Virus record (IMG/VR): IMGVR_UViG_3300030376_006284
Location: 8,658 to 72,657 of that record
Source of the DNA: a virus
Taxonomy: Duplodnaviria; Caudoviricetes
Length of the DNA stretch: 64,000 bases
Strand: one strand, 5' to 3'
Below the pieces are notes generated by a model. That model saw only the letters and a list, made by a program, of their open reading frames with translations. It did no database searches and was not told where the DNA came from. Below, piece after piece: positions 18,446 to 26,887 of this stretch. The position numbers and the translations under genes were made by a program. Each line of letters opens with the position of its first letter. Within the stretch, counting starts at the first letter, position 1.

Positions 18446-19024
18446 TTAATCAAAAACAGGAACAAGTGTTGCAAAATCAGCAGGAACAAGAATGTTCGCT
18501 AATATAATACAACTACCAGCAGTAGCTGTGTCTAGATTAGCTCCAGTGGCAGTCAAAGTAAAACTCAAAGACTGACTAGACCCAACAACATGACCTCCTG
18601 TTTCTTCCTCATCATCAAGTTTAGCACCCGTGTTTTTAGTTAGTAAGGCAGTGGAATTTTCCATCTCGAAAGCCGCAACAAACCCATTAGGGTCAGCAGT
18701 TACTCCTACGTCAATTACATAACTAGAAATAGAAGGGCCATCAAAGTTTGAAGAAACCATGACAGCACAATCAGTTACTATTGATCCTTCTACTAAAGAA
18801 AGAAGGTTAACTTCACCAGATCCAGTGGCCGCTTTTGCAGCAGAGGCGGAGTCAAAGTCAATGCGGAAAGCATGACTAAAACCAAAGGTTGCTAGAGCAG
18901 CAGGAAGTTTACGTACTTTTGAACCTCCACGCCCTGAAGCGGAAGAATCAGAAATAGCAATTAAGTCGTTGGCAGCTACGGCAGCATTTGTAGGTAGTGT
19001 GGATAAATCATCTAAAGTTGGCAT
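18446..19024 (-). CDS. Putative capsid decoration / minor capsid protein
   Basis: 192 aa, Ala/Ser/Gly-rich beta protein immediately downstream of the major capsid gene. Confidence 0.5.
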   Translation of the reverse strand: MPTLDDLSTLPTNAAVAANDLIAISDSSASGRGGSKVRKLPAALATFGFSHAFRIDFDSASAAKAATGSGEVNLLSLVEGSIVTDCAVMVSSNFDGPSISSYVIDVGVTADPNGFVAAFEMENSTALLTKNTGAKLDDEEETGGHVVGSSQSLSFTLTATGANLDTATAGSCIILANILVPADFATLVPVFD

Positions 19025-19053
19025 AATTTTTTAATAATTAAAATTAATATTAT

Positions 19054-19081
19054 GTGGGGTTCCTTTTTACGGGAACCCCAC
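19054..19081 (-). terminator. Hairpin after the major capsid gene (partial terminator or mRNA-stabilising stem)
   Basis: Perfect 10-bp stem GTGGGGTTCC / GGAACCCCAC, 7 nt after the stop; weak U-tract. Confidence 0.6.
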
Positions 19082-19088
19082 TTTAGAA

Positions 19089-20480
19089 TTAAGCAGCAGG
19101 TGTAGTGCTTGTACGCTTAAACAATATGACGTAACCGAAGTTAGTCTTAATTGGCTTAGACGCAGAAGCCATAATACCTCTGAAGAAACCAATGGTTCCA
19201 TCTGGGTTTTTAACTACGTCAGGAATGTTAGTCCACTTGAAGTCACCCTTATAGTTAACAGGGTTAAATGACATTCCACTTACGTTAGTTATAGGTGCAG
19301 GAATCAAGGACTCCATCACGTTATCAACAAGTATGAAAGCTGCCTCATAGGCAGCAGTATCATAATCACCATTAACAGTAATCTTGTCATTAGTCTGATC
19401 ATGCTTATAAGGCTGTACCGCTACAAGCTTATCACTGTTAATCCCGCTGAAACGTGGTGCAAGGTCATCTATCAAGTGATAGAAACCTCTAAAGCTCTTC
19501 TCAACTCCTAATGGAGCAATGAGGTCAGAAACTTTAGCGTTATTGTAACGCACGTCATCACGGAATCCAGCTTCAGTCATCAACTGATATGATGCTTCAG
19601 ATGAGCAAACAATAGAGAATACAGGGCGACCATTTTCACGGCCGTATGCATTAGATCCTGCACCCGCTCTTACAAGCTTGAAGTAAATATCATCAAGAAG
19701 CTTGTTAGATATGTTTGCTGTAACATCAAGAACATTGTCCTCAGCTCCATCTCCAGAAGCGGCTCCGCCAGCGGTTCCCTCGGATGTGTCGTCCACATCA
19801 AGGTCTGTTAATGCAACACCTTCTTTACCACCAACGGTGACAGAAGAAGCAGTCTTAGCGTAAACGATGTTATCACACATCTTACCATACTCATCACGAT
19901 AGCGGCTTTCCCATGAGTTACGTGTTGACTCTTTAAGAAGATCCATGATTGCACGGAGTTGTTCAGTTCTGTGTGCAGTATAACGAAGTTCCTCTACGTT
20001 AATACGAGGAGATTCAATGATTGAACGCTCAAGGCTGTAAGTTTTAAGAGACTTAGTGAAGTCAATTAAGTTAACATCTCCTGATGCAGCTCCTGATCCA
20101 TAATGAAAATCATCAGCTACACTACCACCAAGCACGTTTCCTGTCTGGTCTAGCTGACCTGCACTCATACCATTAACAGAAGTGCCGTGGGTAGTTCCCA
20201 TTGCTCTCCAGTTTGATCCGACTCCCACTGAGTCCGTCCCCGCAAGGTTTTTACCTTCTGCTTGTAAAGGAAGTGCACGATCATAAATGAGTGTGCTTAG
20301 TTGATATCCCATTCCCTCAGGAAATGTAGATTGTTTAATAAGGTCTATCCACGGTGAAGTGTGGAGAGTTGCCTTGTGAATATCTGCGCCAATTCTGTTG
20401 GCTTCTTGAGTCAATACAGCATCAATTGCTGCTGCTGCATCAGTCTCAAATGTGTTTGGTAGTGCAAAGTCTACGGCCAT
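19089..20480 (-). CDS. Major capsid protein (463 aa)
   Basis: Size, position downstream of portal and scaffold, own promoter and structured leader, downstream hairpin. Confidence 0.75.
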   Translation of the reverse strand: MAVDFALPNTFETDAAAAIDAVLTQEANRIGADIHKATLHTSPWIDLIKQSTFPEGMGYQLSTLIYDRALPLQAEGKNLAGTDSVGVGSNWRAMGTTHGTSVNGMSAGQLDQTGNVLGGSVADDFHYGSGAASGDVNLIDFTKSLKTYSLERSIIESPRINVEELRYTAHRTEQLRAIMDLLKESTRNSWESRYRDEYGKMCDNIVYAKTASSVTVGGKEGVALTDLDVDDTSEGTAGGAASGDGAEDNVLDVTANISNKLLDDIYFKLVRAGAGSNAYGRENGRPVFSIVCSSEASYQLMTEAGFRDDVRYNNAKVSDLIAPLGVEKSFRGFYHLIDDLAPRFSGINSDKLVAVQPYKHDQTNDKITVNGDYDTAAYEAAFILVDNVMESLIPAPITNVSGMSFNPVNYKGDFKWTNIPDVVKNPDGTIGFFRGIMASASKPIKTNFGYVILFKRTSTTPAA

Positions 20481-20564
20481 TTTATTTGTTTCTAAATTTA
20501 AGTTAAGTTAAGTTAAGGCAGACCACTCCATATCGCTGGATTGTGGTCTATTTCAAAGTTAATT

Positions 20565-20659
20565 GAATCTTGACTAGAACTATTTAAGGCTAGAGCAACC
20601 GCAAAATTCTTAGTGCGTTTTAGGTCTGAACTAATTAATGGCTAGAGCAACCGACCTTA
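20565..20659 (-). ncRNA. Candidate tandem cis-regulatory RNA motif in the capsid 5' UTR
   Basis: Two copies of CGGUUGCUCUAGCC-N-UAGUUC, each enclosed by a different complementary stem. Confidence 0.55.
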
Positions 20660-20668
20660 GACATCAGA

Positions 20669-20697
20669 AACTTAACCTTAAATATTAAGGTATGCAA
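20669..20697 (-). promoter_or_regulatory. Sigma70-like promoter of the capsid gene with a palindromic spacer
   Basis: TTGCAT-17-TAAGTT; the spacer is ACCTTAA-TAT-TTAAGGT. Confidence 0.55.
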
Positions 20698-20711
20698 ACT
20701 ACTATTTTAAA

Positions 20712-20727
20712 TGTTCCACATGGAACA
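20712..20727. promoter_or_regulatory. parS-like palindrome
   Basis: TGTTCCACATGGAACA matches the bacterial parS consensus TGTTNCACGTGNAACA at 15/16 positions; intergenic. Confidence 0.6.
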
Positions 20728-20732
20728 CCAAC

Positions 20733-20933
20733 CTACGAAGAAGCGAGTGCGCTTTCGACAGCCTGTTGGAAGGAAGGGTCTTTACCTTCCATGTCTAGTT
20801 CGTCCTCATGGACTAACCCTAGTTCTTTAAAAATAAGATGTTCTTCATGAGAATCAGCCATCATGCTTTTACCTGTTTTAGGCTCAAACATTAAATGAGG
20901 CTTGAAATCTTCTTTTCCTTTTCCTTTTTTCAT
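20733..20933 (-). CDS. Small hypothetical phage protein
   Basis: KPHLMFEPKTGK...HEEHL; tightly coupled to its neighbours. Confidence 0.6.
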   Translation of the reverse strand: MKKGKGKEDFKPHLMFEPKTGKSMMADSHEEHLIFKELGLVHEDELDMEGKDPSFQQAVESALASS

Positions 20934-20934
20934 T

Positions 20935-20991
20935 TTAATATGGTTTAGGCTTAGGCTTAGGCTTTGGTTTTTTTGGTTTATTATATCTCAT
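20935..20991 (-). CDS. 18-aa Lys/Pro peptide MRYNKPKKPKPKPKPKPY (below ORF-track cutoff)
   Basis: ATGA overlap with the upstream stop and a 1-nt gap to the next ATG; fills the gap exactly. Confidence 0.55.
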   Translation of the reverse strand: MRYNKPKKPKPKPKPKPY

Positions 20992-21179
20992 GACATTCTT
21001 GATCTACGGCTTGCTGCTCTCAATTCTTTCTTTTGTCCCTTTGTATACTTAGCTGTCTTTGCCGCATCTTTAAAATCTTGTGCTGAAGGAGCTCCTTTAG
21101 AGTTAGGTTTCCTCATCTTTTCTCCGCTTCCAGCTTTTATTCGTTTTCTTTTTTTGTGTATGTTTTCGTATAAACTCAT
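20988..21179 (-). CDS. Small highly basic protein
   Basis: MSLYENIHKKRKRIKAGSGEKMRKPNSKGAP; Lys/Arg-rich. Confidence 0.7.
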   Translation of the reverse strand: MSLYENIHKKRKRIKAGSGEKMRKPNSKGAPSAQDFKDAAKTAKYTKGQKKELRAASRRSRMS

Positions 21180-21180
21180 T

Positions 21181-21489
21181 TTACCATTTTACTTTGTTAG
21201 CCCAGTAGGCTGCTGACATTTTTCCTTTTTTAATATTCTTTCCGTGTCTTGCTTTAAAAGATTTACGTTTCATCTTCATTCTACGTGATTCACCTGCTTT
21301 TGGTTTACCTGCTGTCTTAGCCCCCTTCTGACCAAACCTGATTACCTTTATTTTATCTCCTTCTTTAGCTAAAACAATATGGCTTTTTTTAGGGTGTGAT
21401 GGTGTTCCCTTGGCTTTATTAAAACCTGCAAAGGTTTCTCCTCTATATTTTATTTTTCCAGAAGGTAGCCTTTTAAATTTTCCCGCCAT
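21181..21489 (-). CDS. Small basic phage protein (DUF6321-like)
   Basis: KVIRFGQ...RKSFKARH...SAAYWANKVKW; family recalled from motif, not searched. Confidence 0.65.
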   Translation of the reverse strand: MAGKFKRLPSGKIKYRGETFAGFNKAKGTPSHPKKSHIVLAKEGDKIKVIRFGQKGAKTAGKPKAGESRRMKMKRKSFKARHGKNIKKGKMSAAYWANKVKW

Positions 21490-21490
21490 C

Positions 21491-21796
21491 TTAATCTACA
21501 TCAGGGTCATCTGCTCTTAGTTTTCTACGCACAGGTGCCCTCTTTTTAGGGTCTATTTGTTTACTTTTGCCCATTGCTTTAACCTCATCTATTTCAGGTA
21601 CTTTTTGGAACTTTAGTTTTCCACCCATCTCTTCTGGTAAATTTTTCTTCTTAACCTTCATAGACCGTGGATCTCTTGGCCCCCGAAATTGCTCAGACTT
21701 TTCGTACTTACGGATTTTTTTACCTGTCCGTTTTTTATTTTTAGCATTCTTTAGTGCTTGCTTTAAAACTCTTTTTGCTCCTTTTAATTCAGCCAT
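21491..21796 (-). CDS. Small basic protein
   Basis: 101 aa, Lys/Arg-rich; promoter directly upstream. Confidence 0.6.
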   Translation of the reverse strand: MAELKGAKRVLKQALKNAKNKKRTGKKIRKYEKSEQFRGPRDPRSMKVKKKNLPEEMGGKLKFQKVPEIDEVKAMGKSKQIDPKKRAPVRRKLRADDPDVD

Positions 21797-21818
21797 GCCT
21801 TAAATATATACTAATTTT

Positions 21819-22031
21819 TCATTGAGACAATCGCTTGTTTTCAATACGCTCCCACACCCCGTCCTCGGCTAGATGTTGCGATTTTAAAGAATCGTGAGGG
21901 CTATAACCCCATTTTTTTAAGTGGTATAAAGTTTTTTCCACTCCCTCCCTGTACAGAGAGCACCTTATCCTGCAACGGATAAGGTCTAAAGATTTCTCTC
22001 TATACAGTTGCTCCCAGTCTGGGGAGGGCAT
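21819..22031 (-). CDS. Hypothetical protein
   Basis: 70 aa, 2-nt gap to the upstream gene. Confidence 0.45.
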   Translation of the reverse strand: MPSPDWEQLYREKSLDLIRCRIRCSLYREGVEKTLYHLKKWGYSPHDSLKSQHLAEDGVWERIENKRLSQ

Positions 22032-22033
22032 AT

Positions 22034-22231
22034 CTATTCCTTTATATCTAAACCTATGCAGAATTTAGGAGGGAGGACTTTTGCGTTAACCTCTAAAGAG
22101 ACTTTCACAGGTTCTCCACTGCCATTATCTGTAAAAGGTACGTTAATACCTGCTCCAGTGTTTAATGTACTACAAGAAACACCGCAGAATAGAACTGGAA
22201 TGACACACAATAATAATGCGATTTTTTTCAT
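22034..22231 (-). CDS. Small putative lipoprotein
   Basis: MKK + hydrophobic stretch + GVSC lipobox-like signal. Confidence 0.55.
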   Translation of the reverse strand: MKKIALLLCVIPVLFCGVSCSTLNTGAGINVPFTDNGSGEPVKVSLEVNAKVLPPKFCIGLDIKE

Positions 22232-22248
22232 ATATTTGTTTGGTTTAG

Positions 22249-23424
22249 TTAACCCCCACCAAGGGCTGCTTCAATTGCAGAAGCAAAATCTAAATTGTTT
22301 TTAGCAGCAGAGCTACCAGAAACTTGTCCAGACATGTTAGGTTCCGCTGTTTCGTAGTCAGCAAGTCTATCTGTAAGGGAATCATTTTCTTTTACAGTTT
22401 GGAAATATTCCTTTATCAACGTAGGTAGCAATTGAGCCGCTACAGAGTTGTAGGCAAAATCAACAGGATGTATTACATTTGGCGATTCTTTATACGCTTT
22501 TTCTTTAATTGCTTCCATATCTACTCCTTCAATGCCTTTTAAAAAAGGTAGTTTTTCAGACACCCTGTCTATTACATTTTGAGTAACCGCTTGTCTGTGT
22601 TTTAACTCTTCTGCTGCGATAGCATTACTTTTTTCCTCTTCTAGTAATTTAGCTTCTCCTAAGGCTTCTTCTGCATTCTTGTGAAGTTCTTCTCTTTTTT
22701 CAAGAATAGGTTCAATCTCTTCTATTGCTCTAAATATTTTGACTTTATCTCTATCAGAAGCTCCATGAAAAATATCAGATATTTTTTCGTCTTGTTCTTC
22801 TATAGAATCTGTATCTAAAGCATCTAAAATATTATCAGGATCAACTTCATACTTTTCAGCCAAACTATTTAAAGTATCAAAAACAACCTCCAAAGGCTCA
22901 GAGACTGATGTTTTATAAGCTTCTGTGTTTTCTAAATCATTAAAAGATTGTTGCCTCTCGTATTCAGCTAACTTTTCCTGCATCTGAGAAAAATCTTCAT
23001 TCTCAGACAAGCCTTTCATTTCAGAAATCTGTTGCTCTTTTTCTTTTACCGCTTGTTGAAGTTGTTCAAGTTCGCTTCTATTTGTTTTTAATTCAGTCTT
23101 TAATTGTTTAAACCTATTAGCTGCCTTAGGAGTCCACTCCTCTCCTACATCTTCCGTCAAACTTTCTAAAGGATCAGGGGTTACTTCTTCTGATTTTGTT
23201 TCAGTTTCTTTTGGTTCGGACTGGGCTTCGGGCTCTGGCTGGGCCTCAGGCTGGGACTCAGGCTCTGGTTGGGCCTCAGGCTGGGTTTGTTCGTCTCCAG
23301 CCCCGCTTAGTGCTTGTTCTATCGCATCAAAAAAAGAAGCACCCTCAGACTCGTTACTTTGAGCTGGAATGTTTTCTATTGTTGTTGGCCCGTCTATTGT
23401 TGTTGTATCTGAATGTGTTTCCAT
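22249..23424 (-). CDS. Putative capsid scaffolding protein
   Basis: Very acidic, coiled-coil-like, QPEAQPEPES repeats (~23215-23285), located between portal and capsid genes. Confidence 0.65.
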   Translation of the reverse strand: METHSDTTTIDGPTTIENIPAQSNESEGASFFDAIEQALSGAGDEQTQPEAQPEPESQPEAQPEPEAQSEPKETETKSEEVTPDPLESLTEDVGEEWTPKAANRFKQLKTELKTNRSELEQLQQAVKEKEQQISEMKGLSENEDFSQMQEKLAEYERQQSFNDLENTEAYKTSVSEPLEVVFDTLNSLAEKYEVDPDNILDALDTDSIEEQDEKISDIFHGASDRDKVKIFRAIEEIEPILEKREELHKNAEEALGEAKLLEEEKSNAIAAEELKHRQAVTQNVIDRVSEKLPFLKGIEGVDMEAIKEKAYKESPNVIHPVDFAYNSVAAQLLPTLIKEYFQTVKENDSLTDRLADYETAEPNMSGQVSGSSAAKNNLDFASAIEAALGGG

Positions 23425-23720
23425 TCTTCCTGTACTTGTGTTTTATTTTCAGTTCTATATTTAGTTAACTTATAGAGATCATTGAAAGCGTCACGGTACC
23501 CTGCGCTCCAAGCGTAACGTTGACTAGTTGTAACTGGATCGGAACCGATTCCTCCGTTGGTGGGGCCTGATATTTCCTTGAGGATAGCAATTGCCGTCTG
23601 CAAAGCCTCAGATCCCAAGATTTCACGCAACTCTTCAACTTTTTTGACATCCTTAAACCATAAATCTAATGGTATAGGAAGGGAAATTATTTTTCTAGAT
23701 GTTACTTTTTTATTAGCCAC
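23394..23720 (-). CDS. Hypothetical portal-adjacent protein
   Basis: 108 aa, helical (AWSAGYRDAFNDL), between portal and scaffold. Confidence 0.55.
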   Translation of the reverse strand: MANKKVTSRKIISLPIPLDLWFKDVKKVEELREILGSEALQTAIAILKEISGPTNGGIGSDPVTTSQRYAWSAGYRDAFNDLYKLTKYRTENKTQVQEEWKHIQIQQQ

Positions 23721-23727
23721 TTATGAC

Positions 23728-25941
23728 TTATGACATATCCTGCTGCATTTTCAAGACATTTTCTGCATCTCTCATCGCTTGCTCTTGGTCAAACTTTGCT
23801 TTCTTTAATTGTAAGTCTAAATTAGCTTTTTCTTGAGCCATTTGCATCTTTAACTGATGCTCTTGAATTTTAGTCTGCATTTCGCTTCCTCCTTCAGATT
23901 CTTGTCCTTGCGACTGAGATGCTTCTCTTTGCATCTTTTGAACCTGCTTAGACGTGTTATTAATCATCTCTTCAGCAAACTGTAAAACTTGTTTAGTTTC
24001 TCCAATTAACCCTTCGGCAGCAGGGTCACCTGCAAGCTGCTGCACCGTTTCAGAAATATGCTGATAATAAGATTGTAAAGCTGGTAAAGACGAAACTGGG
24101 TCTGCGGCTCCTGCGTTAAGTTGCTCTATTATCTGCATCAAAGCAGGTGCGTGAATTTGTAAGTGAGCTCCATGCATTTCATTTGAAATAACTGGTATTG
24201 GAGTCCCCTCAGAAAGTTGTTGGTTTTCCAATATGGCTATCTTGTTATCTACAGTCTCCCTGTCTACATCTACGTTTGGTGCATACCTATCAGCTAAGTC
24301 ATGGCCTACACGAGTAGCCACTATATCACGAGTAAGATTTTTACGACCAACTTCATCAAAAGAACCTGAAATTGCTTGTAACTCTCTAAGAGCCACTAAT
24401 CTATTTGCATAAGAACCATTACCTATAGACCTAACAGCTTTCGTTCTATCTAGGTCTAAAGACTTAACAAATTCAACGGGAACACCCCTGTTAAAACATC
24501 TAGTGTAAAAATCATCAAGATCCCTATCCCTCTTCTTACTACTCACTATTCTGCGTACAATTTCTCGCAATAAACGATTCCATGATGCATAAAACAGATT
24601 AAGGGATGCACCAGACAATCTAGTCTGCACATCCATGTCTGCTACAACCTGCATCTGATTCTTGTACGGTGAACTCTGTTGGCCGTAAGTACTCACGGTA
24701 TCAGTGTTCATTGCCAACTGATTAGATATGTCGTTCAGGGCTGGTTGTACAGCTGTGCTTAAATTTGGTGCAGCTTTCTCTATAATGTTAACATTGGGGG
24801 AGAGCACGGCATATGCTCCATAATAAGTGAACCCTAATTCATCTAGCGCCCTCTGGCTCTCTGGTTGGATCATAACTGCCGAACCCAGCATCGCTCCATC
24901 CACCATCTGACAACGTAATCGATTACTTGTCTGAATGTGGTTAAAGATCCGATGTCCTAACCCCCTGATAGAATGGTATGTCCCATTACTACCTGTGCCA
25001 TATGTGAACAAAACGTATGCTTGTTCTGGCTTGTCGTACCTGCTTAGCTTTTGGTACATAAAAGTTTTAGGTGATTCTTCCGCAGAAATGTAATGACTTA
25101 CACTCCCATCCATTTCCCTCACCCAATAATGCAACACCGCTACCGTAGGGTTCTGATGCCCTTCGTAAATGTCGTTGTTTTTTAGTTGGGCTTGTAAAGA
25201 TTCCCAGTTATTTCCAACTGTAGTATTATTTCTTGAGGAAGTAGTGGCGTTTTTAAGAATAACTCTTTTTACTTCTTCCACATCCCAACCGACTTTTTCA
25301 GCCGCTTCAGGGTTTTTAATAAAAGCATACAATTCATGCAGTAAATAGTTTCTCCTACCCACTGCTACATCAATACAGTTTTCATTAGAAGGTGTTTGCC
25401 TCGGTATTAAAATATCAGCAAAAGAGCCTATTTTAAACCTCCACTCCTCTGGATTATCAAAATACGAAAAAGCCACTCCGTGTTTAATAAAAGTAGTACA
25501 CAGTCTTAAATAACTACTGTGAAACTCAGGCCAGCTCCGCAATAAATGAGTTATTTCTTCAGAAACAACATCTTCAAAATACCCAACTTCAGAAGGGTCT
25601 CCCATCGTACCCTTCACTTCTACAAGTTTCTCTAACGACGAATATAAATCAACATACGCTGAAAGGGATACATCAAGCAGTCTCTGGGCTTCACCAAAAT
25701 TTAAGTTAGTTTTTAATCCTTGCCCGCTAGCATTTAACGTTCCTTGATTATAAGGACTCGCCCCATCAAACATTGCGTCCACACGAGCACGGTTCACTGC
25801 TGACTTTTCATCCGCTTTTAATAAATTATTAAAAATAGCTAGGGCACTCTTTACATCTTTTAATCGAGACTTAACAGGTTTTCCCTTTTCGTCTAAAGAA
25901 CCTAAATCATTTAACGCTTCAATATCGTACTTTGTAGACAT
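23728..25941 (-). CDS. Portal protein
   Basis: ~737 aa from ATG 25941 (the track's TTG start lies inside a promoter); Gln-rich coiled-coil C-terminus like P22-type portals; position upstream of scaffold and capsid. Confidence 0.7.
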   Translation of the reverse strand: MSTKYDIEALNDLGSLDEKGKPVKSRLKDVKSALAIFNNLLKADEKSAVNRARVDAMFDGASPYNQGTLNASGQGLKTNLNFGEAQRLLDVSLSAYVDLYSSLEKLVEVKGTMGDPSEVGYFEDVVSEEITHLLRSWPEFHSSYLRLCTTFIKHGVAFSYFDNPEEWRFKIGSFADILIPRQTPSNENCIDVAVGRRNYLLHELYAFIKNPEAAEKVGWDVEEVKRVILKNATTSSRNNTTVGNNWESLQAQLKNNDIYEGHQNPTVAVLHYWVREMDGSVSHYISAEESPKTFMYQKLSRYDKPEQAYVLFTYGTGSNGTYHSIRGLGHRIFNHIQTSNRLRCQMVDGAMLGSAVMIQPESQRALDELGFTYYGAYAVLSPNVNIIEKAAPNLSTAVQPALNDISNQLAMNTDTVSTYGQQSSPYKNQMQVVADMDVQTRLSGASLNLFYASWNRLLREIVRRIVSSKKRDRDLDDFYTRCFNRGVPVEFVKSLDLDRTKAVRSIGNGSYANRLVALRELQAISGSFDEVGRKNLTRDIVATRVGHDLADRYAPNVDVDRETVDNKIAILENQQLSEGTPIPVISNEMHGAHLQIHAPALMQIIEQLNAGAADPVSSLPALQSYYQHISETVQQLAGDPAAEGLIGETKQVLQFAEEMINNTSKQVQKMQREASQSQGQESEGGSEMQTKIQEHQLKMQMAQEKANLDLQLKKAKFDQEQAMRDAENVLKMQQDMS

Positions 25942-25980
25942 GTGCTTAAATTTATATCTAAATAATAGTCCCAGCAAGGT

Positions 25981-26424
25981 CTAATAATCCCACGCTTCTT
26001 TCATCAGATCATCCACCTTTATTGTTTTCCTGTCTCCCGAAAAACTGTGCAGGGTTACATATGGTGTGTCTCGTATAAATCTTTGTTTAACCATGAAACA
26101 CTCGTTTGCTCCTTTACCCCTCTTGGGAGGGTCTACACAAAACACGGCTCCGTAATCAGTAATAGCGTACCGCTCCCAAAGAGGGATTAATTTTGCTCCC
26201 ATCTTGTTTAAGATGATGTCTGATGTGATTGTCCTCTTTTTTGGTTTAAATGTGTCCTCGGCCAATTTAGAAGCCTTAAGATATCTTCGTGACCCGTCAT
26301 CACAATACAAGTTTACATAGGACACCCCATTTTTAACGGAGGGTTTTAACAGCTTACCGTTGTTAAATATGTCGTGATCTTCGTTTATCTCGTACTTCTT
26401 AGCGTATGGTATTTGTTTCTTCAT
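25981..26424 (-). CDS. Tandem NUMOD4-like protein without an HNH nuclease motif
   Basis: KQIPYAKKYEINEDHDIFN...SYVNLY and KLIPLWERYAITDYGAVF...PYVTLH, two related units. Confidence 0.5.
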   Translation of the reverse strand: MKKQIPYAKKYEINEDHDIFNNGKLLKPSVKNGVSYVNLYCDDGSRRYLKASKLAEDTFKPKKRTITSDIILNKMGAKLIPLWERYAITDYGAVFCVDPPKRGKGANECFMVKQRFIRDTPYVTLHSFSGDRKTIKVDDLMKEAWDY

Positions 26425-26427
26425 AGT

Positions 26428-26544
26428 TTTAGGGGGTACCCCCCTTATATATAACTCTTCTTTAGTCCTCTCACACTTTCCACTGTACAGTAGAAACTGT
26501 GAGCACTATATATTAAAGCTTTCTGACCCCCCACCCCCCTCTGG
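26428..26544 (-). repeat. Dispersed ~120-bp structured element, copy 1
   Basis: Closely similar to 51335-51459; GGTACC palindrome, long central hairpin, C6-A-C6 tract. Confidence 0.9.
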
Positions 26545-26550
26545 TTCCTT

Positions 26551-26579
26551 ACGATATCTCGGCTCCCTTAGTATTGCAA
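26551..26579 (-). promoter_or_regulatory. Sigma70-like promoter pointing into element copy 1
   Basis: TTGCAA-17-TATCGT, 6 nt before the element boundary. Confidence 0.5.
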
Positions 26580-26689
26580 ACTTTTTATCTAAATATTATA
26601 TACTATTATTATGAGCGGTAACCGCTTATTTAACCTAATTTTAAAAAGAGCGGTACCTTTTTTGAGCGACCGCTTATTAAAGATAGAGC

Positions 26690-26800
26690 ACCCCACCACA
26701 AAAATGGGATTTTCCATTAATTTTTTTATAAAGGTGTATATATGTAGGAGGATCTGCCACGAAAACTCCCACCCCCACCCGTGGCGTCATAACTTCCTAC
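26690..26800. other. Probable genome terminus / packaging-site region
   Basis: Strand switch; A/T tracts followed by CCCACCCCCACCC inside a GCCACG/CGTGGC inverted repeat; heptamer arrays and small early genes follow. Confidence 0.4.
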
Positions 26801-26887
26801 AATATGCGTAATGCTTAGTCCTGATTCCTGTACAACTGTATGACTCTCAGTGAGTAACGAACACCACCCGCTGATTCCTATGCTTTT

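Noticed and set aside
20565-20659. Capsid-leader motif as twister ribozyme, preQ1 or SAM-SAH riboswitch
   Set aside because: Only superficial similarity; I could not find the required pseudoknot partners or conserved residues.
26611-26811. 66-aa ORF across the putative terminus
   Set aside because: It runs through palindromes and homopolymer tracts and is more likely non-coding.
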